IMG/VR virus record: IMGVR_UViG_3300021400_000134
Source of the DNA: a virus
Lineage: Duplodnaviria; Caudoviricetes
Length of the DNA: 64,000 nucleotides
Direction: 5' to 3' (one strand)
In this document: positions 63,184 through 64,000 of the stretch, in pieces
Numbering within the stretch: the first letter of the stretch is position 1
Layout: every line of letters starts with the position of its first letter
Made by a program: the position numbers and the translations under genes
The notes under the pieces: model-generated
The model's database searches: none
What the model saw: only the letters and a program-made list of their open reading frames with translations
Told to the model about the DNA's origin: nothing

Positions 63184-64000
63184 ATGCATGAAAGTATAGC
63201 AATAGATTCTCCTATTGAGATTGTTGATGTTTCGCCCACTTTAAATCCTCTTATTTCAAAATGTCAGATTAAGGTTTGCTATGTTGGCGATGAACCAAAC
63301 CGCAATGGTAGTGTTATTACAAAAGCTGTTGCGACAGAAATGGCAAAGAGCTTACCTGGATGCCCTATTGTTGGGTATTACAATGAAAATACAGAAGATT
63401 TTGAGGCTCATAATCAAAGCATCGATATCCGCAATGGAGAATGGAATTTTAAAGATACGACTCAGCCTTATGGATTCGTTGATTTAAATGCAAAAGTATG
63501 GTTTCAAAAATTCTCAGACGAGGGAGTTGAGCATGAATATCTAATGACTGAAGGATATTTATGAACAGAACAATTCCCTGAAGCAAAAAGAGTTATTTCC
63601 AAAGGCAATAACCAATCTATGGAATTATATGAACCTGCTTTAAAGGGATTTTGGTCAGAAAGTGATAATGAAGGATATAGTTTCTTTATTATAAATGAAG
63701 CAATAATCTCTAAACTTTGTATTCTTGGAGAGGATGTAGAGCCTTGCTTCGAGGGTTCTCAAATTACAAGAGTACAGTTCTCGTTTGAACCAAGTTTCCA
63801 GCAGAAGATTTTAAATATGATGGAGCAGGTTAAAGAGATGAAAGAAGAAGGAGGGACAGATTCTGTGGAAGAAGTAAAAGCACCTGAAATGGAAGAAGAA
63901 GTTTTAGATAACGAAGAAGAAAAACCAGAAGAAGAAGCTCCTGCAGAACCTGAAGTTGAAGAAACTCCAGAAGAAGAAGCAGAAGAAGCTCCAGCTGAAG
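63184..64000 (+). CDS. Prohead protease/scaffold (partial; TGA at 63562 read through)
   Basis: NRNGS.I, PIVG, GYL(W)TEQ, NQSMEL, LCILGEDVEPCF, acidic scaffold tail. Confidence 0.72.

Noticed and set aside
57047-63564. Fragmented head genes as pseudogenes or frameshifts
   Set aside because: All breaks are in-frame TGA only, the frames continue cleanly and the motifs are intact
57077-64000. TGA as selenocysteine
   Set aside because: The contexts look like Trp positions, not Cys; no SECIS-like hairpins or tRNA-Sec were seen

Overview
This is a 64-kb segment of a large, AT-rich tailed-phage genome, probably with a Bacillota/Firmicutes-type host judging from the sigma-A-like promoters and AGGAG RBSs. 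0.2-22.4 kb (minus strand) holds tail-fibre-like genes, a TROVE/Ro60-like (DUF2828-type) vWA protein and a large RNA-gene island. The island has about 29 tRNAs covering all 20 amino acids, a tmRNA, a tRNA-Leu(UAA) split by a group I intron with an HNH ORF, a ~1-kb GOLLD-like RNA and many tRNA-like oddities. 22-40 kb holds small middle/early genes. 40-56 kb is an early-type region of tiny, individually promoted genes, paralogue families, antisense promoter-hairpin units and operator-like palindromes. 57-64 kb (plus strand) is the head module: terminase, portal, prohead protease. Two systems stand out. (1) Five dispersed RNAs share a conserved terminal handle (AAGNCNNNN..WCWGCAAA...GNCUUG) fused to different tRNA-mimic cargoes; they lie next to the Ro60-like gene and one copy is in its own 5' UTR. 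(2) The genetic code is split: TGA reads through, most likely as Trp, in late and cell-wall genes but is a true stop in early genes. There is no UCA-anticodon tRNA in the window, but there is a structurally aberrant tRNA-Trp(CCA). All family assignments come from motif recognition by eye; no searches were run.
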